A DNA stretch of 64,000 nt, taken from positions 14,778-78,777 of the forward strand of contig JAFGTP010000054.1 in NCBI GenBank assembly GCA_016934035.1. The letters are read 5' to 3'. Positions 22,304-31,881 of this stretch are shown piece by piece. The notes under the pieces are model-generated. The model was not told the origin of the DNA. It saw only the letters and a list, made by a program, of their open reading frames with translations, and made no database searches. This stretch comes from Fidelibacterota bacterium (GTDB taxonomy: Bacteria; Fidelibacterota; UBA2242; JAFGTP01). Both the position numbers and the translations under genes were made by a program. Every line of letters starts with the position of its first letter. The stretch's first letter is position 1.

Positions 22304-22871
22304 AACGGTCATCATCTCTTCATTTTCTTCTGACCAACTGGGATTCCCTCATGGTGACAAAGAGGATTATACAGAATTTACCCTGTCACAGATTGAAAAT
22401 AATCTCCTGTTTTTTCAGATAATGAACCATGATTATGAAAAACACCTCATCCGAAATTTAATTGATGCCGGTTTTTCAACTTTTTATTTTATTGGAAAAG
22501 GGCTTGTTTCAGATGTAAGCTTAACAGCAGGACTTTTCATAATTACTGACCATGTCAACATGTCCGGAATAAACCCTCTTCGCGGAACCAATGATGATCA
22601 TTATGGTGTGCGATTCCCGGATATGTCAGGAACCTATACCACTCCAAAATTTACAGAAAAGATAAACAATTGTTATCAAGCATTACTTTTCATTCCTAAA
22701 AATATGGATGAGTTTTCAAACCAGGAAATGGAAGTCATTCAAAAAACCGACGGCCTAAAAATTTTTTCTCATGAAATGTACTCTGGAGTCATTACGGCAA
22801 AACATGCCGGTTGTATATCTCATGTTCTGTTTTTAACCGGGCCCCAAAAAATTTTTCACCTTTTTGTCTGA
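22269..22871 (+). CDS. degenerate purine-nucleoside phosphorylase-like protein
   Basis: Retains ITDHVNMSGINPLRGTNDDHYGVRFPDMS (trimeric PNP signature) but lacks recognisable GPxYET and GMST motifs; 200 aa. Confidence 0.7.
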   Translation: MKKFVKNLSKNETVIISSFSSDQLGFPHGDKEDYTEFTLSQIENNLLFFQIMNHDYEKHLIRNLIDAGFSTFYFIGKGLVSDVSLTAGLFIITDHVNMSGINPLRGTNDDHYGVRFPDMSGTYTTPKFTEKINNCYQALLFIPKNMDEFSNQEMEVIQKTDGLKIFSHEMYSGVITAKHAGCISHVLFLTGPQKIFHLFV

Positions 22872-22879
22872 TACTCAAA

Positions 22880-23497
22880 ATGAAAAAAGAACCCCAATGG
22901 CTTGATTTCGTAAAAAAATTTCAGTCAATTGCTCAGGCAGGACTTTCCTATTCGAAGGATCCGTACGACATTGAAAGGTTTGAACAGATTTTGGTGCTGA
23001 CAGCAGAAATGGCAGCGGCAATGGTACCAATTCCCAGGGAGAAAATTTTAGGAATATTCCAAAAGGAAACCGGATATCTGACACCCAAAATTGATGTCCG
23101 CGCTGTTATATTTTTAGAAAAAAAACTTCTTCTTGTAAAAGAAACAATTGACGGAAAATGGGCCTTACCGGGAGGATGGGCAGACAGCCATCACTCCTTG
23201 CGTGAAAACCTGATCAAAGAGGCAAAGGAAGAGGCCGGTGCCTTGGTAGAGCCTCGAAGAATTATTGCTATACATGATCGCAAAAAGCATAACTATCCGC
23301 CTATCGAATTCAATGTTTATAAAATATTTGTTCTGTGTGATCTGATTGAGTACCAGTTTCATCAAAATATAGAAACATCACAGGCAAAATTTTTCGGACT
23401 GCATGAATTGCCAGAACTTTCTGAGGGGCGTAATAATTCACGGCAGATTAGAATGTGTTTTGAAGCCTTAACGGACAATAATGTTTACTTTGATTAA
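22880..23497 (+). CDS. Nudix hydrolase with Nudix_N domain (YjhB-like ADP-ribose pyrophosphatase)
   Basis: AQAGL.Y..D.YD.ERF, GYLTPKIDVR and Nudix box LPGGWAD...KEAKEEAG. ATG 22880 chosen over the TTG at 22811. Confidence 0.88.
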   Translation: MKKEPQWLDFVKKFQSIAQAGLSYSKDPYDIERFEQILVLTAEMAAAMVPIPREKILGIFQKETGYLTPKIDVRAVIFLEKKLLLVKETIDGKWALPGGWADSHHSLRENLIKEAKEEAGALVEPRRIIAIHDRKKHNYPPIEFNVYKIFVLCDLIEYQFHQNIETSQAKFFGLHELPELSEGRNNSRQIRMCFEALTDNNVYFD

Positions 23498-23674
23498 TAG
23501 TCCTGCCTAATATTAAACTCAGGGTTTGTTTTACTTAAAATTTTTCAAAACATTTTCCATAGGAATTGAGTTCTTTATTGAATGATACGATTATCTGAGT
23601 TATAGGATAAAAAGGCTTTTGCCTTAATTGAAATTGAATAAAGTCAATTTTTTGAAAGAGGATGGGTAATAAAA

Positions 23675-23699
23675 AAAAGTCCCGTTATTCGGGACTTTT
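23675..23699 (-). terminator. intrinsic terminator (probably bidirectional) between Nudix and ptb
   Basis: AAAAGTCCCG-TTATT-CGGGACTTTT hairpin with an A8 tract on its left. Confidence 0.85.
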
Positions 23700-23731
23700 G
23701 ATTATTAAAAAGGGGTATTTTGGGATACTAA

Positions 23732-24634
23732 TCAAAGGGTCAGCAAAATCGCCAGAGAAATGGAATTGAGTTTTTCGTTGGCAGTGTCTGACCGGGAAAG
23801 TAGAATAATAGGCACTTTTGCTCCGACCACAATACCGCCGACTTTTGCATGAGCCAGTTTCATTAGAATTTTAATCAAAGCATTTCCGGCTGTAATATTG
23901 GGAACCAGAAATGAATCAATATCTCCGGCAATTTTGCTGTCAATTCCTTTTTTAAGGGCGGCCTTTGCGGACAAAGCGACATCCATGGCGATGGGCCCTT
24001 CAACGATGGCATTGTCGAATTCTCCGCTTTCGGACAATTTTTGCAATTCAGCGGCATCAATCGTTTCCGGCATTTTGGGATTAATCTGTTCAATTGCGCA
24101 AAGGGCGCCAATTTTTGGTTGATAATTTTCCAGAGCATGGTTCATGTGAATGATGGATCTCAGGATTGATTTTTTGGTTTCGAAATCTGGAAGAATATTG
24201 ATACCGCCATCACTGAAAACCAGTAATTTTGGATAGGTAGGTGTTTCTGCGACGGCGACGTGGCTTAATACTTCACCTGTTCTTAATCCGTTATCTTTAT
24301 TGAGAACAGCCTTCATCAGAATGGGGGTGGAAATCTGACCTTTCATCAATACATCGGCTTTTCCATCATTGATCAGTTGTACCGATTTTTGTGCAATTTT
24401 TTCATCATCGGTTTCATGGATTATGAATTCTGGATCGATTGCGAAACCCACTTCGTGGGCAATGGTTTTAATTTTTTCTGCATCACCGACAAACAAACCT
24501 CTGGCAATATGTAGTTTCTCGACTTCCATGACGGCTCGAATGACACTTTCGGATTCGGCTTTGGCGATGGAAATCTTTTTCATTTGCCTTACTTTACAGA
24601 TTTTTTCTTTTATTTCAGTATAGGAATGAATCAT
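23732..24634 (-). CDS. ptb: phosphate butyryltransferase / phosphate acyltransferase
   Basis: LMKG, LSHV, SDGG, EGPIAMD, P.I.AGN and PIILLSRSD motifs; adjacent to buk. Confidence 0.9.
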   Translation of the reverse strand: MIHSYTEIKEKICKVRQMKKISIAKAESESVIRAVMEVEKLHIARGLFVGDAEKIKTIAHEVGFAIDPEFIIHETDDEKIAQKSVQLINDGKADVLMKGQISTPILMKAVLNKDNGLRTGEVLSHVAVAETPTYPKLLVFSDGGINILPDFETKKSILRSIIHMNHALENYQPKIGALCAIEQINPKMPETIDAAELQKLSESGEFDNAIVEGPIAMDVALSAKAALKKGIDSKIAGDIDSFLVPNITAGNALIKILMKLAHAKVGGIVVGAKVPIILLSRSDTANEKLNSISLAILLTL

Positions 24635-24645
24635 AATAAAATCCT

Positions 24646-25722
24646 TTAAATTGTCTTTTTGTATACTAATATTTCTTGTTTTTGATCAATAGCAAGGAAC
24701 CCGCCCTGGGCCAAGGATTCCAGCTCATTTTCCCCGGGAATGACTACTTTTTGATGACAAATAAAACTTACTCTCTCCCAAAGTTTTTTAATTGTCAAAT
24801 CAGCGTAAGCCATTCCACCGGTGAATATGATTGCATCAATTTTGCCTTTTAGAGTAGTTGCCATGGCGCCAATTTCTTTGGCTATCTGGTAAATCATGGC
24901 ATTGTAAACCAGGGTTGCTTTTTCGTCTCCATTTTCAACCCGCTTAATAACTTCCTGCATATCATTGGTACCCAGATAGGCTTTAATTCCTGCATTTTTT
25001 GTCAATTTAATTTTCAATTCATTAAAAGAATAATTCTGGCAAAGTCTCATGAGTCCTTCCAATGGCAGTGCACCAGCCCGTTCCGGTGAAAAAGGCCCCA
25101 TACCTACCAGAGCATCATTGGTATCGATTATTCGGCCATGACAGATTGGCGCCACTGATATTCCTCCGCCCATATGAACCACGATAAAATTGCTGGATTC
25201 TTTTTTTATTTGCAGGTCACGACAGGTTTTACGAACGACGGCATTGATGTTGAGCGCATGAAGCCGACTTCTTCTCTCAATTTCGGGAAGACCGGATATT
25301 CTGGCCTCAGGGGTCATTTCATCAACTGTCACCGGGTCGACGATAAAAGAGGGAACTTGGTATTTTTGTGCGACTTCATAGGCCAGAGAAGCACCCAGGT
25401 TACTGGCGTGGGTATCATAAAGGCAGTTAATGGTTACATCCATCAGGTCCTCGTTGACCGCATAGATTCCGCTCTTCACCGGCCCGACTAGTCCGCCTCT
25501 GCCGACAACGGCCACAAGTTTATTATCTTTGAGGTATTTTTCCAGAACAGCATTGATGTATTTTGATCGTAATGGCAATTGATCTTTAATGGAATGCATA
25601 TCGGCAATGGGTGTCCCGGAATGATCAATTTTTTCAACGCATATTTCCTTTTCTCGATTGAAAAGTCCGATTTTTGTGGAGGTGGAACCTGGATTAATGG
25701 TCAGTACAACTTCTTGGTTCAT
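24646..25722 (-). CDS. buk: butyrate kinase
   Basis: INPGSTSTK, GRGG, HASNLG, VDPVTVDE, HALN, HMGGGIS, GPFSPERAG and PGENE. Confidence 0.95.
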   Translation of the reverse strand: MNQEVVLTINPGSTSTKIGLFNREKEICVEKIDHSGTPIADMHSIKDQLPLRSKYINAVLEKYLKDNKLVAVVGRGGLVGPVKSGIYAVNEDLMDVTINCLYDTHASNLGASLAYEVAQKYQVPSFIVDPVTVDEMTPEARISGLPEIERRSRLHALNINAVVRKTCRDLQIKKESSNFIVVHMGGGISVAPICHGRIIDTNDALVGMGPFSPERAGALPLEGLMRLCQNYSFNELKIKLTKNAGIKAYLGTNDMQEVIKRVENGDEKATLVYNAMIYQIAKEIGAMATTLKGKIDAIIFTGGMAYADLTIKKLWERVSFICHQKVVIPGENELESLAQGGFLAIDQKQEILVYKKTI

Positions 25723-25920
25723 AAATTATCTCCCGAAATGTTGGTTTATTCAATTTCAGACAGGATGAAATGTCAAATCTAATGCCATGTTCAAGATGGG
25801 ATTTTTATCGAGGAGGAGGTTTAATAATACAGGCAGCTATAAAGATAATTTTTTCAAAAATAGGAATTTATTTGAGTAAAAATGAGATAAAAACCAAAGA
25901 TGAATTATTAAAAATGAAAA

Positions 25921-26649
25921 CTAATGCTGAAAGCGCTGATACTTTAAAAAATAAAGGGTTTGATCAATAACATTGTCCTGCCAGGGAAGCATTGAATGAA
26001 GTCCGGGTACTTTGATAATGTCAGTATAGCCCCTGATTACTGTTTCATTGACGCCAACGATACCATCGTCGTCCCCCGGAATTGCCGGATTAAACCCTTC
26101 CCGATAGTTGGTTCCACCGGCTATAATGCCAAAAGGAATATTTGGGGATGGATAGGATTTCCAAAAATCATCCTGACCTTTACCTAATTTTTGACCACTC
26201 TCTCCTAAACTCCATAAAAACAGTTTGTGATCACCAAAATTTTCAGCCAGAATAGAACCTTTGTTTGGTGGTGCAATCATGACAATCTGTTTGACCTTGG
26301 AATTTTTTACCTCTGCCAAATAACTGCGAACCACAAAGGTTCCCAGACTGTGTACAACAAAATAAATTGAGTCAATATCTTCATCAAGGGAACGTAGATT
26401 TTGATCAAGTTCTGTCACAATCGAGTCCATTGGCCATTTTGTGGATTTATAATCAAAGTTAAGTACGGAATAGCGATGTTTAATCATTTTATTTTGAAGC
26501 CTCAGCATGGAAAAGGGTTTATCAGCCAATCCATGAATGAGAACAACCAGAGTATTACTGTTTTCTACTTTTGAATAGATTGTTTTTCCGGATAAGTGAA
26601 CATGAATCAGAAAGAAAAATACTAATAACAGAATCAAATTATTCTTCAT
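25921..26649 (-). CDS. secreted alpha/beta hydrolase (lipase/esterase-like)
   Basis: Signal peptide, IHGL, nucleophile elbow VHSLG, PPNKGS, DDGIV and catalytic His. Confidence 0.8.
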   Translation of the reverse strand: MKNNLILLLVFFFLIHVHLSGKTIYSKVENSNTLVVLIHGLADKPFSMLRLQNKMIKHRYSVLNFDYKSTKWPMDSIVTELDQNLRSLDEDIDSIYFVVHSLGTFVVRSYLAEVKNSKVKQIVMIAPPNKGSILAENFGDHKLFLWSLGESGQKLGKGQDDFWKSYPSPNIPFGIIAGGTNYREGFNPAIPGDDDGIVGVNETVIRGYTDIIKVPGLHSMLPWQDNVIDQTLYFLKYQRFQH

Positions 26650-28192
26650 TTTGCGGTGCTTCTATCATTTCTTCAGATTGAATGGAGCTCATTCGCTCTA
26701 TCGCTTCTTTTGCACTCTTGGATCCGGGAAATTGTTCCACTATTTTTGATAAAACACTTTTTCCATTTTCCGTATCATTAAGTTTTTCAAGATATATGAG
26801 GGCTGATTTTTCGAGAGAAAGAAGAGCAAGGTCGGATCCTGGATATTTGCGATAGACTTCTGAAAATTGTACCACAGCATTTTTATAATATTTCTTTTCT
26901 TCATATAGAAGACCGGCATTATAGAGTGCGTGTTTTCCGAAAGCTGAATTGGTATATTTTTGTTCGATTAAAAGGTAAGTGTCGACGGAAGATTGCAGAG
27001 CCTTTAATTCTTTATAATAAATCTCTGCAGAACGATTCAAACCGGTTATTGCTTCAGGTGAAAGGGGGTATTTATCGGCGTATGTTTTATACTGATTAAT
27101 GGCTTTGTCATATTCTTTGAGATGTTCATCATAAATCTTCGCAATATTAAACAGACTGGTCTGTGCTTTGGAGTGATCAGGAAAGGCATTGATAAAATCC
27201 GTAAAAGTTTCGGCAGCTTCCTGATATTCTTTGAATTCATTGAATTCTATGCTGCCTTGCAAATAGAGTGCATCGGAATAAACCGTTGCTCCCGGATAGA
27301 TTTTCATGATCTTTTCAGCCGATAGAAAGGCTTTTTGTTGTTCTCCTTTTATTCGGTAATACTCTGCCAGTTGAAATAATATTTTGGGATTAAATGAATC
27401 GTCGGAAAAGCGAATTAAAAAGAGTTCTGCTTCACGAAGAAAAAATTCTCTGATTTCGTTTTCAGGATAGGAATTCAGCAGGCTGATAAAATTGAAATAT
27501 CTTTCTATCAAAGGTGTATTGGTTAGAATTTTGTTAACAGTATCATTGATGAACTGCATGCGTTCGCTGAAAAATTTTATCCTGTTAAAATCCGTCAAAT
27601 ACTTTTCCATGGTTAAGGAATAATTAGATTTATCGATGTAGAGATAAGCGTATTTGATCAACTCCATTTCAGCACGGTGATAGAGTTTATTTTCTAAGGT
27701 CAGATCGATGATGTAGCTTTGAATGTTTTCGCAACGGGCATCGGGAAAAAATTTTTGTAAATAGATATCCATTTCGGACAATTTATATACTGTCAAGTTT
27801 TCATCGGGGGATGCTAAAATTTTTAGAAAGGAAGTTTTTTTTGTTTCAACACTTTTTAAGGCTATTAAGTATTGGAATAATAAAGTTTCTTCATTTTTAT
27901 TGATAGATTGAGACTGCTGTTCGAGTGGGGCCTTTTGGGGTGTGGGTTCAGAAATGGGGATGGAATTTAAACTGTCAGCGAGTAGTTGTATTCTTTTAGA
28001 ATATTGTTCACGTTCTGCGTTGAATTTGGTTTCTAGTTTTTGCTTTTGCAAATCGAAGTCAGCTTTCAGGGAATCCAGTTTTTGTTGCAGTTTTTCACTG
28101 AAAATTAACTCCAGCGAATCTTTTCCGGAGTTTTCTGTCTGTGCGGCTAAAGCTGATAAGAAAAAGACAAGGTAAAGAAGTATGTTTTTCAT
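26639..28192 (-). CDS. periplasmic tetratricopeptide-repeat protein
   Basis: Signal peptide, N-terminal coiled coil and repeated TPR units ending in YP/FP.S (BamD/CpoB-like). Confidence 0.75.
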   Translation of the reverse strand: MKNILLYLVFFLSALAAQTENSGKDSLELIFSEKLQQKLDSLKADFDLQKQKLETKFNAEREQYSKRIQLLADSLNSIPISEPTPQKAPLEQQSQSINKNEETLLFQYLIALKSVETKKTSFLKILASPDENLTVYKLSEMDIYLQKFFPDARCENIQSYIIDLTLENKLYHRAEMELIKYAYLYIDKSNYSLTMEKYLTDFNRIKFFSERMQFINDTVNKILTNTPLIERYFNFISLLNSYPENEIREFFLREAELFLIRFSDDSFNPKILFQLAEYYRIKGEQQKAFLSAEKIMKIYPGATVYSDALYLQGSIEFNEFKEYQEAAETFTDFINAFPDHSKAQTSLFNIAKIYDEHLKEYDKAINQYKTYADKYPLSPEAITGLNRSAEIYYKELKALQSSVDTYLLIEQKYTNSAFGKHALYNAGLLYEEKKYYKNAVVQFSEVYRKYPGSDLALLSLEKSALIYLEKLNDTENGKSVLSKIVEQFPGSKSAKEAIERMSSIQSEEMIEAPQNEE

Positions 28193-28272
28193 TTTATCCT
28201 CTTCATTTTTGATAATTCAGTTGGTAATAAATTATTATATAAAATAACCAAAAACAAATTTCGAAATTGTTA

Positions 28273-28288
28273 TGTGACGGCTGTCAAA
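28273..28288. promoter_or_regulatory. CRP/FNR-family-like operator in the divergent TPR/phoH promoter region
   Basis: TGTGA-CGGCTG-TCAAA. Confidence 0.4.
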
Positions 28289-28406
28289 TCTGTGAAATAT
28301 TGATTTTAAAATAAAACGGTGAATATCCAGTAAATTACTAAGAAAATTCCGCTGTTTTTTAAGGCAAAGCTTTTATATATTAATCAGTTAAGATAAATGA
28401 GGTATC

Positions 28407-29360
28407 ATGATTAAAAAAACCATTGATTTACATGATGTTGACAGAGCTGCTGTTTTTGGTGTCGGTGACAGGAATTTAAAAATTCTTGAACGAAAATTGT
28501 CCGTTGAATTGTCAGCCCGGGGGAGTAAACTGACCGTGGCGGGTCTAGACTATAATGTCATCAAACTGGAAGCCGTAGTGAAGGATATCATATTAGCCAT
28601 AAAGCATAAGGGTCACATCAGCGAAAATGATGTTGAAACACTGGTTGATATGGAGGTTTATGGAGATCAACAATCAGGAAAAATCGGTTCAAACACAGCG
28701 ATTGTTTTTAAGAAAAATGGTGTAATCAAACCCAAGACGCCAGTACAGGAACGATATTTTAAATCCACACAGGAAAATGATATTGTCTTTGCCATCGGCC
28801 CGGCAGGAACCGGGAAAACCTATCTGGCTGTAGCCATAGCAGTAGCAGCCTGGAGAAATAATCTGGTTGAGCGACTTATTCTTACGCGTCCTGCAGTAGA
28901 AACCGGAGAAAGCCTGGGGTTTTTGCCAGGGGACCTCAAGGAAAAAATTCAACCTTACCTGGCACCGCTAAACGATGCTCTATTCGAAATGCTGACACCG
29001 GAGAAGCACCAGAAAATGTATGAGCAGGGAATCATTGAGATATTGCCCCTGGCATACATGCGGGGCAGGACATTAAATAATGCCTTTGTAATTTTGGATG
29101 AAGCCCAGAATACAACAAGCACACAGATGAAAATGTTTCTGACACGATTAGGAGTGAATTCAAAGGCAATCATTACAGGGGATACAACCCAGATTGATAT
29201 TCCCAAAAAAACAAAATCCGGACTGGTTGAAGCCGAAAAAATATTAAAGAATATAAACGGTATTGATTTTATTTATTTTTCGGAGAATGACGTTGTCCGG
29301 CATCGACTGGTCAAGGAAATTATTTCTGCCTACAATCAGACCTATGAACAAAGAGATTAA
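28407..29360 (+). CDS. phoH: PhoH-family ATPase (YbeZ-like)
   Basis: GPAGTGKT, RPAVE.GESLGFLPG, YMRGRT, DEAQN, GD.TQID and VVRH. Confidence 0.93.
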   Translation: MIKKTIDLHDVDRAAVFGVGDRNLKILERKLSVELSARGSKLTVAGLDYNVIKLEAVVKDIILAIKHKGHISENDVETLVDMEVYGDQQSGKIGSNTAIVFKKNGVIKPKTPVQERYFKSTQENDIVFAIGPAGTGKTYLAVAIAVAAWRNNLVERLILTRPAVETGESLGFLPGDLKEKIQPYLAPLNDALFEMLTPEKHQKMYEQGIIEILPLAYMRGRTLNNAFVILDEAQNTTSTQMKMFLTRLGVNSKAIITGDTTQIDIPKKTKSGLVEAEKILKNINGIDFIYFSENDVVRHRLVKEIISAYNQTYEQRD

Positions 29361-29767
29361 TCATTATCGGTCACCAATTCTCCCAGTCTGATTTGATCAA
29401 GGGTCTGCACAATGGCCTCTTCAAGTTTATTCCACACAATTCTAGACGGGCATTTATCGGATATTGGACAGATTTGAGGAGAATGGACACAATTAACCGG
29501 ATAATCCCGACCTTCAAGAGCTTCCACAATAAGACGCACAGAGATTTCTTCAGGGGGTTTTGCCAATTCGTAGCCCCCGGTGGCACCACGGTAAGATAAC
29601 AGGAGTTGGGTTGGTTTTAACAACCGGATCAGGTGCTCGGCATATTTCAGGCTGATGTTTTCCATTTGTGATAAATCACTCAGAAGTATTGGCCCTTTTC
29701 CGTAATTCCGGGCCATTCTGACCATCAGTCTTAAACCATATCTGCCCTTAGTTGATATTTTTAGCAT
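29357..29767 (-). CDS. Rrf2-family transcriptional regulator (three Cys, possible Fe-S sensor)
   Basis: ISTKGRYGLR, RGATGGY.L and C-x6-C-x5-C. Confidence 0.9.
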   Translation of the reverse strand: MLKISTKGRYGLRLMVRMARNYGKGPILLSDLSQMENISLKYAEHLIRLLKPTQLLLSYRGATGGYELAKPPEEISVRLIVEALEGRDYPVNCVHSPQICPISDKCPSRIVWNKLEEAIVQTLDQIRLGELVTDND

Positions 29768-29789
29768 AGTGTTCTGGAAAAATAAATTT

Positions 29790-29818
29790 AAAGTACAATA
29801 TTACTTTTAATATTGCAA
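29790..29818 (-). promoter_or_regulatory. putative sigma70 promoter of the Rrf2 gene with overlapping inverted repeat
   Basis: Minus strand TTGCAA-17bp-TACTTT; inverted repeat AAAGTA-CAATAT-TACTTT at 29790-29807. Confidence 0.45.
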
Positions 29819-29823
29819 TAATT

Positions 29824-29849
29824 AAAAGGCCCCTTCAAAATAAGGGGCC
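29824..29849 (-). terminator. intrinsic terminator after thioredoxin-like gene
   Basis: GGCCCCTT-CAAAAT-AAGGGGCC hairpin followed by TTTT on the minus strand. Confidence 0.75.
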
Positions 29850-29892
29850 GTCTATTCTATATAGAATTATATAGAAAATGAGATATGTAATT

Positions 29893-30396
29893 TTATTGTT
29901 CAGGAGGATTACATCCCTTATCCAGATAGTCTTGAAAGGAGATTCCTGTTGTATAACATTCTTCTTTAATGTACTTTAGAACGTTAATGAATTTTTCGGG
30001 GGGTAAAAATCCCGGCACAAGGGTAACGATTTCCTGATTTTTATCCAGAAAAGCTAAAGCGGGGTATCCCGTAACTCTGAAGGCTCTGGCCAATTGGGCT
30101 GATGTGAAGGTTTGGCCTTTGTATGTTTGCTCATCGTCATTGGTTTCAGCATGGACTTTAATTCGAATAAAATGGGTGTCCATATATTTTTTGACCACAG
30201 GATCAGAAAAGGTTTTTTCATCCAGAACCTTGCACCAATGGCACCAGTCGGTATAAAAATCAATAAGAACCGGTTTGGATTGATCGGATGATAATTCAAG
30301 ACCCCGATCAAATTCGAACCAACCCTCATGCTCTGTAGCAAATGCAAATGTAACCCATAGGAAAGTCAGCATTAAAACACTGAAAAATTGTTTCAT
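29893..30396 (-). CDS. periplasmic thioredoxin-fold protein (SoxW/DUF255-like)
   Basis: Signal peptide, DFYTDWCHWCK and cis-Pro GYP. Confidence 0.85.
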   Translation of the reverse strand: MKQFFSVLMLTFLWVTFAFATEHEGWFEFDRGLELSSDQSKPVLIDFYTDWCHWCKVLDEKTFSDPVVKKYMDTHFIRIKVHAETNDDEQTYKGQTFTSAQLARAFRVTGYPALAFLDKNQEIVTLVPGFLPPEKFINVLKYIKEECYTTGISFQDYLDKGCNPPEQ

Positions 30397-30567
30397 CTTG
30401 TTCTCCTGTTTTCAAAATTCAAGAAGTTCGATGAATATCTTATAAAAGGGTTACAATATTTACAGAAACTAACAAAAGATTGTTTTTTTTTGATAAGCTT
30501 TACCAATGCTTACTATGGTTAGCAACAAAAATTAAAAATTCTCTGGTTTGGGTAACTAGGAGGGAGA

Positions 30568-30813
30568 TTATTTATTTTCTTTCCATTCAATCTCAAATTC
30601 CAGTTGTTTCTTGACAGATTTAGATTTTTCCTTGGTTTTTAGTTCAAGTTCGAATTCAATGGTTTCCGGAATGGATAATTCAAGGGTTTTTTTGTCTGTT
30701 ACCAGTTTTATGGTACCTTTCTCGATTTCATCGGCTAGATTTCTTAATTTTTCAGCTATTTCTTTGGGATTGGTTTTTAATTTTTCTCTGTATTCGGCAT
30801 CTTTTCTTGACAT
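30568..30813 (-). CDS. amphi-Trp domain protein
   Basis: EIAEKLRNLADEIEKG...FELEL...LEFEIEW with near-terminal Trp. Confidence 0.8.
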   Translation of the reverse strand: MSRKDAEYREKLKTNPKEIAEKLRNLADEIEKGTIKLVTDKKTLELSIPETIEFELELKTKEKSKSVKKQLEFEIEWKENK

Positions 30814-30938
30814 ATTAGCTCTCTTTCGTCATATTTTTTTGTTTTTGTTTCTTATCTTTATGGAAAAAATCCATTAACTTTAGAAAAATTGGAAAATTTA
30901 AAATTAAAATACAATAGGTATCGTTAACAAAAAAAATT

Positions 30939-31880
30939 ATGGCAAGCAAGAAAAAAGTCCAGCACGAATTTATCATCAGAACCATTAATCTCAGTAAAAA
31001 ATATAATCGTCTATGGGCTGTTCGTAATATGGATTTGAGAGTTGAAAGAGGCCAGATTTTTGGTTTTTTGGGGCCAAATGGTGCAGGAAAAAGCACAACA
31101 ATCCGTATGCTGATGTCCCTGATTTCCGTTACTAAGGGCACAATAGAAATTTATGGAATGAACCCAAATTACAAGAGTGCGGCCATTTATTCGAGAGTTG
31201 GTGCATTGGTAGACGGTTCCGATTTTTATCATTATCTATCAGGATATCAGAATTTACGAATTTTGGGCGATCTAAACGGTCATATTACAAAAAGCCGTAT
31301 TGAAGAAGTGCTGGAAATGGTTTCGTTAACGGAAAAACAACATGAAAAGGTGAAGAAATATTCACATGGCATGAGACAAAGACTGGGTATTGCCCAGGCC
31401 TTTCTCCATCGGCCAGAACTGGTGATTCTCGATGAACCGATGACCAATCTTTCGCCTGAGGGTATAAGGGATGTCCGAGAAATGATCCGTTATTACCGTG
31501 AAGAATACGGTACGACATTTTTCATTTCTTCTCATCGACTCTATGAAATCCAGCAAATCTGCACTCACATGGCGGTGGTGGATGAAGGTCAGATCATTGT
31601 TCAGGGCAGTGTTGAAGATATTTTGCAAAATACTGAATATTTTATCACAGAAATAGAAACCAATGATCTGGAAAAATCAAAGAAAATCCTGGATGAAAGT
31701 GAATTGGCCGAAGAGATTGTCATCAGTCATCAAAAACTGAAAATCCACACCACACCCGAAAACCGGCCAGCGATTGTGAAATTATTGGTGGAAAACAATA
31801 TTGATGTTTCCACTGTCATGCCCAGAACCAATCTGGAGGATTATTATTTGTCAATCATAAAAGAAAAGCATAAAGCCTGA
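30939..31880 (+). CDS. ABC transporter ATP-binding protein (BcrA/DrrA-like)
   Basis: GPNGAGKS, YSHGMRQRL, LDEP and SSH. Confidence 0.92.
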   Translation: MASKKKVQHEFIIRTINLSKKYNRLWAVRNMDLRVERGQIFGFLGPNGAGKSTTIRMLMSLISVTKGTIEIYGMNPNYKSAAIYSRVGALVDGSDFYHYLSGYQNLRILGDLNGHITKSRIEEVLEMVSLTEKQHEKVKKYSHGMRQRLGIAQAFLHRPELVILDEPMTNLSPEGIRDVREMIRYYREEYGTTFFISSHRLYEIQQICTHMAVVDEGQIIVQGSVEDILQNTEYFITEIETNDLEKSKKILDESELAEEIVISHQKLKIHTTPENRPAIVKLLVENNIDVSTVMPRTNLEDYYLSIIKEKHKA

Positions 31881-31881
31881 T

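Noticed and set aside
30428-30459. ECF-sigma-like promoter TGTAAC...CGAA upstream of the thioredoxin-like gene
   Set aside because: The 19-bp spacer is longer than typical and there is only one instance.
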